The notes under the pieces are model-generated. The model was not told the DNA's origin. It was given only the letters and a program-made list of their open reading frames with translations, and did not search any database. A stretch of DNA of 64,000 bases from Pelagomonas calceolata (lineage: Eukaryota), in NCBI GenBank assembly GCA_918797485.1, contig CAKKNE010000001.1, forward strand, positions 372,001 to 436,000. The letters run 5' to 3'. Made by a program: the position numbers and the translations under genes. Shown in pieces: positions 43,095-53,995 of this stretch. Position 1 is the stretch's first letter; every line of letters starts with the position of its first letter.

Positions 43095-45761
43095 ATGAGC
43101 GCGCTCATCGCGCAGCAGAGCACGCAGCTCGCGCAACCAAATGCACAGGACGACGGCGACGCGCTGGCGCTCCGCTACGGCGCCGAGGTCTCGCTCCGCG
43201 GCGCGCGCGGCCTCGGCCTCTCGGTCGCGCCGGTGCGGGAGGCGGACGACGTCGTCTTCGAGGCGGCCGTCGGCGGCCTGAACCTGGGCGCCGCCGACGA
43301 GCGCTTCGTCGTCTGCAACGCCATGGTCCGCGACGACAAGGGCCCCGTGCGCTACGGCGACGTCGTGGGCCTCCGGAGCCGGCTGGCGCGGGGCCGGTGC
43401 CTCGGCGTGCGCGACGCGGCCTTCGCCGGCGAGGACGAAGCCCCCGCCTTCCGGCGCGCGCTCGTCGGCGCGGGCGAGCGCTGGGAGGTGCTGTCCGCGG
43501 CGGACGCGGGCTCGGCGGCGGCGCGCGGCGCCGCGGCGCCGCGGCGCGGCGACGTCGTGCGGTCGGGCGACAGCGTGAACCTGCGCGCGCCGCGCGCGGG
43601 CGACGCGTACCTCAGAAGGCGCGCCGGCGCCGCTGGGGCCGACGACGCGGCAGAGCTGGGCCGGGGCGGCGCCGACGGCCCGGGCGCCGACGGCGCGTGG
43701 CGCCTCGCGGCGGCGGGCGCGCCGCACTGGTCGCGCTGGCTCGACGACCGGCCGTACCTGTCGGGGGCCTTTGGCGCGTGGGCGAGCCGCGCGGTCGAGG
43801 TCGGGGGCGCGGGCGCCGCGGACGATTTTGAAAGGGACCTCGCCGAGGACGTGCTGTCGGCGCTGGGCGGGCGCGAGGGCGGCCGCGTGCGGCGGGCCGT
43901 GGGCGACGGGCGGCTGGCCGTCGACGACGGGAACGTCAAGCCGGAGCAGCTGCCGCTGCTGGAGCTGGCGCGGCGGTGCGTGCCGCTGGGCGACGCCTTC
44001 CTAAAGTGCCGGGCCTTTTGCCGCGGCGCGGCGCGCTACGAGCGGGGGCGCTGCGCCCACGCGGCGGCGGCGAAGCTCCGCGAGGTGCTGCGCGAGTACC
44101 TGGTATTCGTGGCGCAGCTCGAGACCGTGGTCCGGAGCGGCAAGGGCGGGCTCGCGAGATTGGCCGCGACGTGTAGAGATGCGTCGGTGGCCCTGGACGC
44201 GCTCGTCGCGGCGTGCGCGGCCGTCGACGCGGCGCCGGCCGGCGGCGCGGTGGTCGACGCCCTCGCGGACGCGGCGCGAGACGCGCGCGACGCGGACGCG
44301 AAGCGCGTCCTCACGTCCCTGGCCGAGGCCGCGGCGGCGCCCTACCTCCAGGCCCTTCGGCGCTGGTGCGTCGACGGTCAGCTCGACGACCCGTACGGCG
44401 AGTTCTGCGTCGCCGAGGACGTCGACGCCGAGAAGACGGCCGTCGCGCGGGACTACAACGCGAGCTACTGGGACGAGCGCTTCACGTCCGACGCCGGGAA
44501 GGCGGCGGGCGGCGCCGTCAAAAGCCACCTCGCCAAGGTGCTCACGGCGGGGAAATACCGCGTGGTCCTGCGCGACGCCGCGTGTTCCGGTGAAGACAAT
44601 GAGCTAGAGGCGACCTGGGCCGCCCTCACACCGGCGGACGTCGTCGAGGACGCGGCCGGGCGCCTCGCGCGCGCGATCGACCAGGCCTACGCGGCGAGCG
44701 CGGCGGAGCTCAAGGCCGTCTTATTCGAACGGGAGCGGGGCCTCGAGAAGCTGCGCGTGCTGAAGCGCTTCTTCCTTGCGGGGCAGGGCGACTTCCTCGC
44801 GAACTTCCTGGACCTCGCCGACGCGGAATTAAGGAAGCCCGCGCAAAAGGCGTCGCCGACGCGGCTCGCGCATTTATTAGCCGTGGCGCTCGCGGCGTCG
44901 GCGCGCGGCGAGGGCGCGGTCATCGAGGGCCTCCGGCTCGAGCCCGCGCTCGCGAGCCGCGACCTCCGCGCGCACCTCGACGCGATCCACCGCCACGAGG
45001 GCGCGGACGACGACGACGCCGTGGTCACGGAGACGCCGTTACTGGCCGTGGACGCCTTCGTCCTGGACTGCCGCGCGCCGTGGCCCGCCGCGTTGTTGCT
45101 CTCGAGGCGGAGCGTCGTCAAGTACCAGCTGGCCTTCCGGCGCGTCTTTCGCGCCAAGCGCGTCGAAAGGCGGTTGTTGAGCTGCTGGACGGACCAGCAG
45201 GCGTCGAAGCGCTGGTGCGGCCGCGGCGCGACGCGGTCGGCGCTCGCGCCGGCGTTTTTGCTGCGGCAGCGCATGCTGCACTTTGCGCAGTCGCTCGTGT
45301 TTTACGCCACGTCCGACGTCGTCGGCGCGCGCTGGGCGGGCCTCGAGGAGGAGCTGCGGCGCGCGCCGCACGTCGACGCCGCGCTCGCCGCGCACGACGC
45401 GTTTTTGGACGCGGTGCTGCGGGACCTGCTGCTGGCGAACCACCGCCTGCTGGGCCTCGTCGCGGATCTGGAACGGAGCTGCGACCGCTTCTGCGACGCC
45501 GCGGACCGCTTCTCCGAGGCGGCCCTCGACGCGGCGACGGCGGCGGCGCGGCGCGCGGGCGTCGCGCCGGGCGCGCGCGCGGCGCTCGCCGAGACGACGC
45601 TCACGGCCGCGCTGCCGGCCTACGTCGACGGCGTCCGCGCGGCCGGCGCGAGCTGGCGGCGCCTCGCGGGCCAGTTCGTCGACGCGCTGCGGGCCGAGTG
45701 CCGCGTGCAGCGCGGCTCGCACCTCGCCGATTTGCTTGCAAGGCTCCAGGACCACGATTAG
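43095..45761 (+). CDS. TUBGCP2: Gamma-tubulin complex component 2
   Basis: GQLDDPYGEF, YWDERF, KVLTAGKY, LKRFFLAGQGDF, WPAALLLSRRSVVKYQLAFR, LRQRMLHF. Confidence 0.88.
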   Translation: MSALIAQQSTQLAQPNAQDDGDALALRYGAEVSLRGARGLGLSVAPVREADDVVFEAAVGGLNLGAADERFVVCNAMVRDDKGPVRYGDVVGLRSRLARGRCLGVRDAAFAGEDEAPAFRRALVGAGERWEVLSAADAGSAAARGAAAPRRGDVVRSGDSVNLRAPRAGDAYLRRRAGAAGADDAAELGRGGADGPGADGAWRLAAAGAPHWSRWLDDRPYLSGAFGAWASRAVEVGGAGAADDFERDLAEDVLSALGGREGGRVRRAVGDGRLAVDDGNVKPEQLPLLELARRCVPLGDAFLKCRAFCRGAARYERGRCAHAAAAKLREVLREYLVFVAQLETVVRSGKGGLARLAATCRDASVALDALVAACAAVDAAPAGGAVVDALADAARDARDADAKRVLTSLAEAAAAPYLQALRRWCVDGQLDDPYGEFCVAEDVDAEKTAVARDYNASYWDERFTSDAGKAAGGAVKSHLAKVLTAGKYRVVLRDAACSGEDNELEATWAALTPADVVEDAAGRLARAIDQAYAASAAELKAVLFERERGLEKLRVLKRFFLAGQGDFLANFLDLADAELRKPAQKASPTRLAHLLAVALAASARGEGAVIEGLRLEPALASRDLRAHLDAIHRHEGADDDDAVVTETPLLAVDAFVLDCRAPWPAALLLSRRSVVKYQLAFRRVFRAKRVERRLLSCWTDQQASKRWCGRGATRSALAPAFLLRQRMLHFAQSLVFYATSDVVGARWAGLEEELRRAPHVDAALAAHDAFLDAVLRDLLLANHRLLGLVADLERSCDRFCDAADRFSEAALDAATAAARRAGVAPGARAALAETTLTAALPAYVDGVRAAGASWRRLAGQFVDALRAECRVQRGSHLADLLARLQDHD

Positions 45762-45840
45762 TTAGTGCGTGCTCGCTGGTAAGTTCCCCGGGCGGGTAAG
45801 GCGAATTACTACGTCAACCGCTTATTACGCCTCCACACAC

Positions 45841-46473
45841 CTAGGCGAGCGACGGCACCGACCCCGGGATCACGTCCGCCGCGACGAAGCCGGCGATGCC
45901 GATCATGGCGAGGCGCCCGTTCTTCAGCTCGCGCGTCTTGTACGTCTCGACGGCCTTGGCGTCGGCGTTGCCGAAGCCAAGCGGGTCGAGGCCCAAGTTC
46001 GGCGACAGGCCGCCCTTGAACCAGTAGTCGCCGCCCTTGAAGTCGCCCTTCGAGTCGTGCGTCATCGAGTAGATCTCGACGGCCGCGCAGGCGCCGAAGA
46101 TCTGCGCCACGCCCGCGGCAGGCACCTTGCCCCACGCCTCGCCCGGCGACATGGCGCCGAGGTCCGAGAACTTCAGGCCCTCGGACGGGCTCAGGTAGCC
46201 CGGCAGCTGGATGCCCGCGAGGTGGTGCATGTAGCCGAGCGACGCCATCATCGCGATGCGCCCGTGCTTCACCTCGGCGGCGCGGAAAAAGTCGACCGTC
46301 ACCTCGGTGCCCAGGTCCGCCAGCGCCAGCGGGTCCCAGTAGCCCGTCTCGGGGCCGACGCCGTAGAGCGTCTTCGCGTAGTCGCTGCTGTGCAGCCGCG
46401 TCTCCGCCTTCGGCGCGGCCGGCGCCACCAGGCCGGCGACCGGCGCGGCCAAAAGGCACACGGCGAGCTTCAT
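45841..46473 (-). CDS. Light-harvesting chlorophyll a/c (fucoxanthin) binding protein
   Basis: WDPLAL, RAAEVKHGRIAMMA, DPLGF, ELKNGRLAMIG; signal peptide. Confidence 0.95.
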   Translation of the reverse strand: MKLAVCLLAAPVAGLVAPAAPKAETRLHSSDYAKTLYGVGPETGYWDPLALADLGTEVTVDFFRAAEVKHGRIAMMASLGYMHHLAGIQLPGYLSPSEGLKFSDLGAMSPGEAWGKVPAAGVAQIFGACAAVEIYSMTHDSKGDFKGGDYWFKGGLSPNLGLDPLGFGNADAKAVETYKTRELKNGRLAMIGIAGFVAADVIPGSVPSLA

Positions 46474-46994
46474 GGCTCTAACGACCTGTGTGGGACGCGG
46501 GTCTCGTTCGGCGTTCTCCGATGTCGTGGGATTTCTCTCATTCTCGGTCGCGGCGCGCCATCCAGCCGAGCTGCAGCAGCCGACGCGTGCGCGACAGCGT
46601 GCGGAGCCTCGGAGCAGCCGCTCGGCCCCGCCGCGGCCGCGTTTGCTTGCGCCAGCTGCTTGCGCCATTTTGGCCCAAACGCGGCCGCGGCTGCATCTTT
46701 TGATGCCAGGATTGCTTTCCCAGTAGCAAACGAAATATACGAGTTGCCGACGACGCGTAATTACGATGGATAAGGGGCACCGCGCGCGGACAGGACCAAC
46801 TTGAGCGGATCGAGGATCGAACCCGTACGAAAAGAGGCGCGCGCAGCCAGCCAAAAGGGGGGTTCCCAGTCCATGCGGACAAGAGAGCAGTGCTCCCGAC
46901 GGCTCCGCGGCGCAAAAACGGCGCCCTCTCGCACCCCCCTCTTCGGTAGCGCTTGCTCTCTCCGTGCCTGAACACGACGGGGAAGCGCGGCACA

Positions 46995-48203
46995 ATGGTC
47001 CAGGCCGCGACCCTCGCCCCCGCGGCGGCGCCCAGCCCGTCCCGCCAGAAGGGGCAGCCCGCCAAGCGGGGCGCGCTCCAGCGCGCTGCGCCGCCGGCCC
47101 TCGAGGCCCCTGAAGAGGCCGCGGAGGCCCCGGCCGCGGCGCCCGCGGTCGAGGCCCCGGCCGGCGCCGCGGCCGCGGACGGCCTCCCGCCGGACGACGC
47201 GTCGGACGGCGAGTCCGCCGAGTCCGACGCGCTCGGCGAGACGCTCTCGCTCCCGCGGGCCCCGACGCCCGTCGTCGACGCGGGCGACCCGGAGGACGAG
47301 GACGGGGGCGACTACTTCTACGGGGACGACGACGACGACGACGCGAGCGACGCCGACGCGCCCGGGAGCGACGCGGTGCTCGCGCGCGAGCTCGCCGAGC
47401 AGTTCGCCCTGGAGGACCTCCAGGAGCAGCGCCGCGAGCTGCTCGGGGGATTGGCCATGACGCTCGTCGCTCGAGCGAACTCGGCGTCGCGCGCGGTGCA
47501 CTCGCCGCGGCAGTTGGTACGGCACCGCGAGCTCCTCGCGCAAGTGAGCGAGTCGATGGACCTGCTCCACAGCCTCATGCCGGCCCTGGAGGCGACGGGC
47601 CTCGTGCCGGCGGCCTCGATGAACGTGCGGCCCGAGACGCACAAGGGCCTGCTGCCCCAGCAGGTCGCGGAGCTGCCGCGCTGCCGCGGCGCCGACCGGC
47701 CGACGGTCTCCAAGTGCGCGAAGCACGACGACGACGAGGCCTGCGCCATCTGCCTCTGCGAGATCGCCGAGGACGAGGAGGTCATCGCCCTCCCCTGCCG
47801 CCACTCGTACCACGCGCGCTGCGTCGGCGACTGGCTCCAGCGGTCGCCGACGTGCCCGAGCTGCTCGCTCGACGTCGCCAAGGCGCTGGACATTGAGCTC
47901 GCGCCGACGGCCGCCGAGCAGCGCGAGCGGGCGAACCGCCACCGGATCCTCTACTTCCCGACGCAAGAGGAACTCGAGGACGAGCAGGAGGAGTTTAGGA
48001 GAGAGCTGGACGACTCCGAGGACGACGAGGAGGCGCTCATGAGAGAAGAAGAGGAGCTCCTGCGCGCCGAGGAGGAGGAGCTCGCGCTGCGCGCGGAGGC
48101 GCAGGACGACGTCGACGCGATGCTCCACCGGGCCGAGGACCAGATGCTCCAGGCCGAGCGCGAGCTCGAGGCCGAGGAGCTCGCCGCGGCGCAGCTCGAC
48201 TGA
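46995..48203 (+). CDS. RING-H2 E3 ubiquitin ligase
   Basis: CAICL..LPCRHSYHARCVGDWL..CPSC; acidic coiled tail. Confidence 0.88.
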   Translation: MVQAATLAPAAAPSPSRQKGQPAKRGALQRAAPPALEAPEEAAEAPAAAPAVEAPAGAAAADGLPPDDASDGESAESDALGETLSLPRAPTPVVDAGDPEDEDGGDYFYGDDDDDDASDADAPGSDAVLARELAEQFALEDLQEQRRELLGGLAMTLVARANSASRAVHSPRQLVRHRELLAQVSESMDLLHSLMPALEATGLVPAASMNVRPETHKGLLPQQVAELPRCRGADRPTVSKCAKHDDDEACAICLCEIAEDEEVIALPCRHSYHARCVGDWLQRSPTCPSCSLDVAKALDIELAPTAAEQRERANRHRILYFPTQEELEDEQEEFRRELDDSEDDEEALMREEEELLRAEEEELALRAEAQDDVDAMLHRAEDQMLQAERELEAEELAAAQLD

Positions 48204-48262
48204 CGCTCCTTTGAGTCCTGCGTGTAAAATTCCAACATCAAACAAAGAACATTAGACAACAA

Positions 48263-48772
48263 CTACCACGCTTCTTCTTTCTCCTCGGGGGACCCGACGA
48301 CCGACGCCTGCACGACGGTGCCGGTGACCACGGTGCCCTGGAGGGGCTGCTGCACGACGGCTGGCTGGTAGACGACGGGCTGCGGGGCCAGCGGCGGCCC
48401 GGCAGGCGCCATCTTGGCCATCACCGGCCCGCCGTCGTACGCGACCGACGGTTGGCCGCCGTAGCGCTGCATCTCGACGGCGGGCGCGACGCGGTCGTTG
48501 CGCTCGCGGCAGCAGACCAGGCAGCTGCAGCCTGTCACGCCCCAGATGATCGAGATCGGGCAGAGGAGGAAGAACGAGAGCACCCAGAGCCACCAGTGTT
48601 TGTCGATAATCATCACGACGATGCACAGCACCAGCGCGACGCACCACAAACCGCAGCCGGCCGCCGCGTTCCCGGCCCAACACGCCTGATTGTAACAAAC
48701 GGGGCAGCAGCATTCTTTCCCGCGGGCCACGGGGCAGCAGCCGCAGCCGCCCAGCTCGGCGTCTTGGCTCAT
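48263..48772 (-). CDS. Small Cys-rich two-TM membrane protein
   Basis: ATG ORF, two hydrophobic helices flanked by CC motifs, Pro/Gln-rich tail. Confidence 0.65.
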   Translation of the reverse strand: MSQDAELGGCGCCPVARGKECCCPVCYNQACWAGNAAAGCGLWCVALVLCIVVMIIDKHWWLWVLSFFLLCPISIIWGVTGCSCLVCCRERNDRVAPAVEMQRYGGQPSVAYDGGPVMAKMAPAGPPLAPQPVVYQPAVVQQPLQGTVVTGTVVQASVVGSPEEKEEAW

Positions 48773-49147
48773 CGTTCTGCAGCCGGTGTTTTGGCGGACG
48801 ACAAACTGATTGACTGCCCTGCACGTTGTCAGTGGCTGTCCACTCTGATTGTGGATGGGCGCTGGGAGGCACCGTATGGCCGGTGGGCTTTATCCTAGCA
48901 CGCGGCGGTGGGGCCCAGCCAAGTCTGCATGCTGCCCATTTCGCAGAGCGCTGGGATGGGGTGGGAACATTTTCAGCTGACTCCTAAGGCGTGTTTGGTT
49001 CAGCAGAGAGGTAAATCTACGACGACTCTTCGCAGGAGTTCAAAAACCCGTGTCCACCAAGCCAAGCTCCGACGGAGGACTGCTCGAGGGCTCCGACGGC
49101 AGGTATAACTGCCGACAGTAGTTGCGTCGGCAAAGCAGTGCTCAACC

Positions 49148-50848
49148 ATGGACGGCGCCGCGACCCACTGCCTCACGTCGCGACCACTACACCCCGCAGC
49201 GCCGAGGCGCCACCCACCCAAGCGGCAGCGCAGCACCGTCGAAGGCTTCCTCGAGGCGTCGGCCACGGCGTTTTTCGTGCTGGGCCTGCCCGTCGTCGCC
49301 GCGGCAATAGCGCTCGCCGGCGCGCGCTACGTGCCGGAGACGCGGCGCCGCGAGCTGCTCGCGGCCCTCCTCGTGCACGGCGCGTCGACGGGCCTCGTGG
49401 CGCTGCCGCTCGCCGTCTGCGGCCTCCACGGCTACCATAGGAGGACCGGCGCGCTCCACCAGCTGTGCGCGACGCACTTGGTGTGGAACGCGCACCTCGT
49501 CGCGCCGGGCCTCTCGTTCTACCCCTTCCTCGTCGAGAGTTTCTTGTTGAGGAGCGACCCGGGCACGCACGCGGGCGTGCTGCGCGACACGGCGCAGTAT
49601 TTTGTCTGGTGCTGCGCGCCGCTGGTCTTGGCGACGGGCGCGGTCAAGGGCGTTGCGACGCGGCGGCGCGAGCGCTTCGGCTGGCGGCACCGCGCTGGAT
49701 TGGGCGGCGCGTGCTTCGGGGTCTTCGCGGTGTACGTCTGGACGCAGCGCTCTTCGGCGTCGCTGCCGGCGACGCTCGCGGCGTCGATGGCCTTCTACCT
49801 CTACGCGGCGGCCTCCTACCTGCCCCCCCAGCCGGAAGCGGACGGGCCGGAGATCACGGGCGCGCGCGAGTGGCCGGCGCTGCGGGTCTGGCTGAAGCCG
49901 TTTCTGCTCGACGCGGTCGAGGCCTACCTAGGATTGGAGGTCGTGCGGGACGCGCCGGCGCCGCGGCGTTCCGTGGATGCGGCGGCGTTGCAGCGCTTGG
50001 AGCGGGCCGCGGCGGCTACAAGGGAGGCGATAAATGAAGTAACTCCGCTCGCGCCGACGGCCGAAATTAGGAGAGCGGTGCGGGATCTGAGTCGGGCGGC
50101 GGCGACCTTGGATGGCCTCGCGGCGAGCGAAGAACGGGGCGAGCGCCACGCGCTGCGCGAGGGCGAGGCGTGCTTGGTGGGGTTTCATCCGCACGGCGTC
50201 GTGCCCTTCGACGCGGCGCTGGCCACGTTGCGGTGGCCCTGCGGGAAAGCGGTCGTCTGCACGGACGCCTTCACGCACGTCATCCCCTGGATGCGGGACC
50301 TGGGCCAGTGGCTCGGCGCGCGCGAAGTTACGAGGGAAGCGATCGGCTTGTCGTTGCGGAGCGGCGCGTCGGTCGTGCTCGTGCCGGGCGGCCAGGCCGA
50401 GCTCTTCGCGACGTCATCATACTCAAAGCAGGTGCGCATCTATCGGGGCCACCGCGGCTTTGTGCGGGTCGCGCTGCAGCACCGCGCGCGCCTGGTGCCG
50501 GCCTTTTCGTTTGGGGAATGGGAGCTCATGGACAACGTATCAATGGAGGGCATGCAGCGGTGGACGCGGTCGTGGCTGGGCTTCCCCGTGCCGTTCTGGC
50601 CGTACGGGCGCTGGGGCCTGCCGTTGCCGCGGCGGCCGCCGCGCGGCGTGCGCGTGGTCGTGGGCCGGCCCGTGGACCTGCCCGTCGACGGCGCCGTCGA
50701 CGAGGCGGCGGTCGAGGCGTGCCACCGGGCCTACTTCGAGGCGCTCTTCGATCTGTTCGAGCGCCACAAGGAGCGGGCGGGCTACGGCGACCACGAGCTG
50801 GTGTTTTTTGATTCGGCGCTCGACGCCGTGAAGAAGAAGAGTGTGTGA
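49148..50848 (+). CDS. Diacylglycerol acyltransferase type 2 (DGAT2/MOGAT family)
   Basis: GFHPHG, LVPGGQAE, HRGFVRVAL, LVPAFSFGE, VVGRP. Confidence 0.9.
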   Translation: MDGAATHCLTSRPLHPAAPRRHPPKRQRSTVEGFLEASATAFFVLGLPVVAAAIALAGARYVPETRRRELLAALLVHGASTGLVALPLAVCGLHGYHRRTGALHQLCATHLVWNAHLVAPGLSFYPFLVESFLLRSDPGTHAGVLRDTAQYFVWCCAPLVLATGAVKGVATRRRERFGWRHRAGLGGACFGVFAVYVWTQRSSASLPATLAASMAFYLYAAASYLPPQPEADGPEITGAREWPALRVWLKPFLLDAVEAYLGLEVVRDAPAPRRSVDAAALQRLERAAAATREAINEVTPLAPTAEIRRAVRDLSRAAATLDGLAASEERGERHALREGEACLVGFHPHGVVPFDAALATLRWPCGKAVVCTDAFTHVIPWMRDLGQWLGAREVTREAIGLSLRSGASVVLVPGGQAELFATSSYSKQVRIYRGHRGFVRVALQHRARLVPAFSFGEWELMDNVSMEGMQRWTRSWLGFPVPFWPYGRWGLPLPRRPPRGVRVVVGRPVDLPVDGAVDEAAVEACHRAYFEALFDLFERHKERAGYGDHELVFFDSALDAVKKKSV

Positions 50849-51239
50849 TAGTTGGTTGTATATATAAGTTGTCTTTCTGTCTCTCGTTTTCGTCGCGGCC
50901 CGCGCTGAACGCGGCGACGGGGGAAAGCGGCGTCTGATTTGTATGTGGCTTGTTGGTGGCGGTCTTTTGAGATCCCTCCTGGGCTTTTTTGGTTGGGGCT
51001 CCTCAGCGGCCTGCAAGGTTGAGCCCCTGTTTTGATGCTCAAATGCGGCAGGCGGGCGAGGCACTGGTTTAACGCAGTCTTAATCAGGCGATACACACAC
51101 GCACGGGACGCCACCTCTCGCTGCGCGTCAAGCTGCGTCATCTGTTGCTGCCTCGGGAGAGCAGCTTCAAACACTGCAACCCCGTGCTGCAGGAGCGCAG
51201 ACGCGCCGCACAAATATGGCGCCGTCACGGCGCGCAGCA

Positions 51240-52232
51240 ATGCGCCTGTCAGCTGTGCTGCTTGTGTGTTGCACCAGTGCTGCCTCACGCGCGCGACGCG
51301 GCACGCTGCAGCTCCGCGTCCGCGGCGGCCACGTCAAGGCGCAGCCGCCGCGCCTCAAAACGATCAGAGGCGGCACGGCCGACCCCATCCCCACACCGGT
51401 CCCCAAGGAGACGCCCATCGCCGACGCGGCCCTCGCCGGCACGCTCGCGGCGGCCGCGGGCACGGTGGCGCTGCACCCGATCGACACGATAAAAACCGTG
51501 CAGCAGACGGGTCTGAGTCTCGGCCCGGCCTGCTCGAAAATTTGGCAACGGGGCCAGCTCGGGGCCTTCTACGACGGCGTGACGCCCTATGTATTAGGAG
51601 ACGGCCTGAGCTCCGCAGTCAAGTTCGCGGTCTATGAAAAGCTCAAACAGACCGCATCGAAGAAGCTGCCGGAGGACTACATCCCGCTGGCGCGCTTCGC
51701 CTGCGCCGCCGTCGCCTTTTTATGTTGCAGCGTCATCCTCGTGCCGGGCGAGCTTCTGAAGATAAGAATCCAGAACGGCATGTATCCGAACATCGTCGCC
51801 GGCTCGCTACAAATGATCCGCGACGAAGGCCTGCGGGGCTGCTTCACGGGCTACCGCGCCACCCTCTTTAGGGATGTGCCGTACACGATGGGCGAGCTCG
51901 GGCTCTATGATCTGCTCAAGGGGTTTGTCAGGAGATTAAGGAGGCGCACGACGTCGTCGTCGGGCGACGAGCTCCTGGCCGCGGCATTGACAGGGGCCGT
52001 CGTGGGCTTCGCCACGAATCCATTGGATGTCGTCAAGACGCGGATCATGACGGGCGGCGGCGCGGGGCCCGTGGCGGTCTTCCGGAATACGATCGCCGCG
52101 GAGGGCTGGGGCAGCCTGCTCAACGGCGCCGGCGCGCGCGTCTTCTGGCTGGCGCCCTTCACGGTCATCTACTTCGGCGTGTACGAGTGGCTGAAGCGCG
52201 CGCTGGTCCGGAGCCGCGCGGCGAAGGCGTGA
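51240..52232 (+). CDS. Mitochondrial carrier family protein (SAM-carrier-like) with signal peptide
   Basis: Three PxD/ExxKxR motifs (PIDTIKT, PGELLKIR, PLDVVKTR), RDVPY. Confidence 0.9.
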   Translation: MRLSAVLLVCCTSAASRARRGTLQLRVRGGHVKAQPPRLKTIRGGTADPIPTPVPKETPIADAALAGTLAAAAGTVALHPIDTIKTVQQTGLSLGPACSKIWQRGQLGAFYDGVTPYVLGDGLSSAVKFAVYEKLKQTASKKLPEDYIPLARFACAAVAFLCCSVILVPGELLKIRIQNGMYPNIVAGSLQMIRDEGLRGCFTGYRATLFRDVPYTMGELGLYDLLKGFVRRLRRRTTSSSGDELLAAALTGAVVGFATNPLDVVKTRIMTGGGAGPVAVFRNTIAAEGWGSLLNGAGARVFWLAPFTVIYFGVYEWLKRALVRSRAAKA

Positions 52233-52395
52233 GCGTCGTCGTGTGCATATCTATATACCGTTGTGTCTAATTATCTATCTCGAGCTATATCAGTGTCCTT
52301 TATTTACACGTGGGGGAGCGGGACAGAGCCCGGAGGCAGAGACGACCGAAGCCGTGGTGGGGGAGCGCTCCGGGCGGGACCGCGAACAAGCTTTT

Positions 52396-52620
52396 TCAGA
52401 CGCCCTCCGCGGCGTCGTCGCCGTAGTGCAGCGGCGAGACGCGCGCGTCGCCGACCTTCCGCATCTCGATCTTGGGCACCTCGTCGGGCACGGGCGCTTC
52501 GAAGCGCCCCGCGTCGCCCATTTGCCCGCCCTCGGCGAGGATGCGCTACCATGCGTACTCTAGAGTCCAGGAAAGAATCAAGGAATGCGCGGCCTCGGTC
52601 CAGAACAGCCAGCCACTACT
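52396..52620 (-). pseudogene. 3' gene remnant, DUF3431-like, with in-frame TAG
   Basis: WLFWTEAAHSLILSWTLEYAW*RILAEGG..EGV*; no start, abuts the stop of the upstream gene. Confidence 0.4.
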
Positions 52621-52630
52621 CACAACAACA

Positions 52631-53512
52631 TTACGCCACAACCTCGGGCAGCCCCACGAGCTCGAAGCCCGCGGCCACGAGCGCGTCGCGCACCGCTTTA
52701 GCCTGCGCGACGGCCGACGGCTTGTCGCCGTGGACGCAGACCGAGTCCGCCTTCAAAACGACGTCCCCGCCCGTGTCCAGCGCCCGGACGGGCTCGCCGC
52801 GCGCCAGCCGCACGGCGTTCGCCGCAGCCTCGTCCGCGTCGGCGATGAGCGCCCCTTCCAAACTCCGCGGCGCGAGCGTCCCGTCGGCGAGGTAGCCCCG
52901 GTCCGCGAAGACCTCGGCCGCCGCCGGCAACTCGTGAGCCTCCGCCGCTCGCAGCAACTCCGAGCCCGCCGGCGCGAGGACGATCAACGAGGCGTCGATC
53001 GCCTGAATCGCGCGGCAGATCGCCGCCGCGACGGCGGCGTCGACGCAGGCCACGTTGTTCAGGGCGCCGTGGGGCTTGACGTGCGTCACATCTACATGGA
53101 CGTCGCTCCTCGCGCGCGCGAGCCGCGCCGCGCCGCCTGCGTGACGCTATTCGATGCAACCCCAACGCTTCAAGGACGCCGCTTCGGTACGCAGCGCCCC
53201 AACTTGTGAAGCGACGAGCTCCTCGACCTCGTCCATGCTCAAGGGTATGACGCGCCTACCAAAACCCGGCTTGTCGTCGTAGCCGGGATGCGCACCTATA
53301 CTCACACCCCGGTCAGCCGCCAGGGCGCACGCATGAACCATGGTCGCCGCGTCGCCGGCGTGGCCGCCGCACGCGACGTTCGCGCTCGTGACGAGCTCCA
53401 TGAGCGCAGCATCATCAGTCAGGCGCCAGGGGCCGAAGCCTTCTCCTAAATCGGCGTTGAGGTTCAGCTTCTTCGTGGCGAAGGCGCGGATGGCCGGGCG
53501 GAGGCGCAGCAT
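52631..53512 (-). CDS. pxpA: LamB/YcsF family 5-oxoprolinase subunit A; intron 53137-53190
   Basis: LNADLGEGFG, SANVACGGHAGD, GAHPGY, HVKPHGAL, EVFADRGY, SVCVHGD; 54-bp GT-AG intron restores frame. Confidence 0.92.
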
Positions 53513-53995
53513 TCTTTTGCTTGTGAGAGGGAGAGCGCTCTCCCTAGCAAGATCTTAGCGCGGCGCAGCGATGGCGAGCTTGCTCGAGCGTTGCACCAGC
53601 GCTCGTAGCACACTAATGATGTACCACTTACGTCTGCTTGTGTGGTATAGCCGCCTCACATGCGCGCTGCTCGAGCACTGCTCGAGGGTAGCGGGTTTTG
53701 TCGGCAGCGGAATCCGCCCTCGCTTGTCCCGTGCCCGAGAACGAGTCGTCTAAACGCGCGGGAAAGCGCAAGAAGACGCGTGATTTCAAAAACCCGTGAA
53801 ATGGCTCGGAGCTCTGCTCGGATATTTTGGCCGCGCGCGCGCGTGCTGAACGAAGGGCTGCTCCAAGACACGTCGGAGTGCTGCTGCGTCGCCCAGGCTC
53901 CGTGGACACACAAAGAAACTGACCCCTGCCGCTGCGGGAGGGAGTTTTTTGAGTTTTGAGCCAGAGCCCAGGCAGCTTTAGCAGCCGTCGCAACG

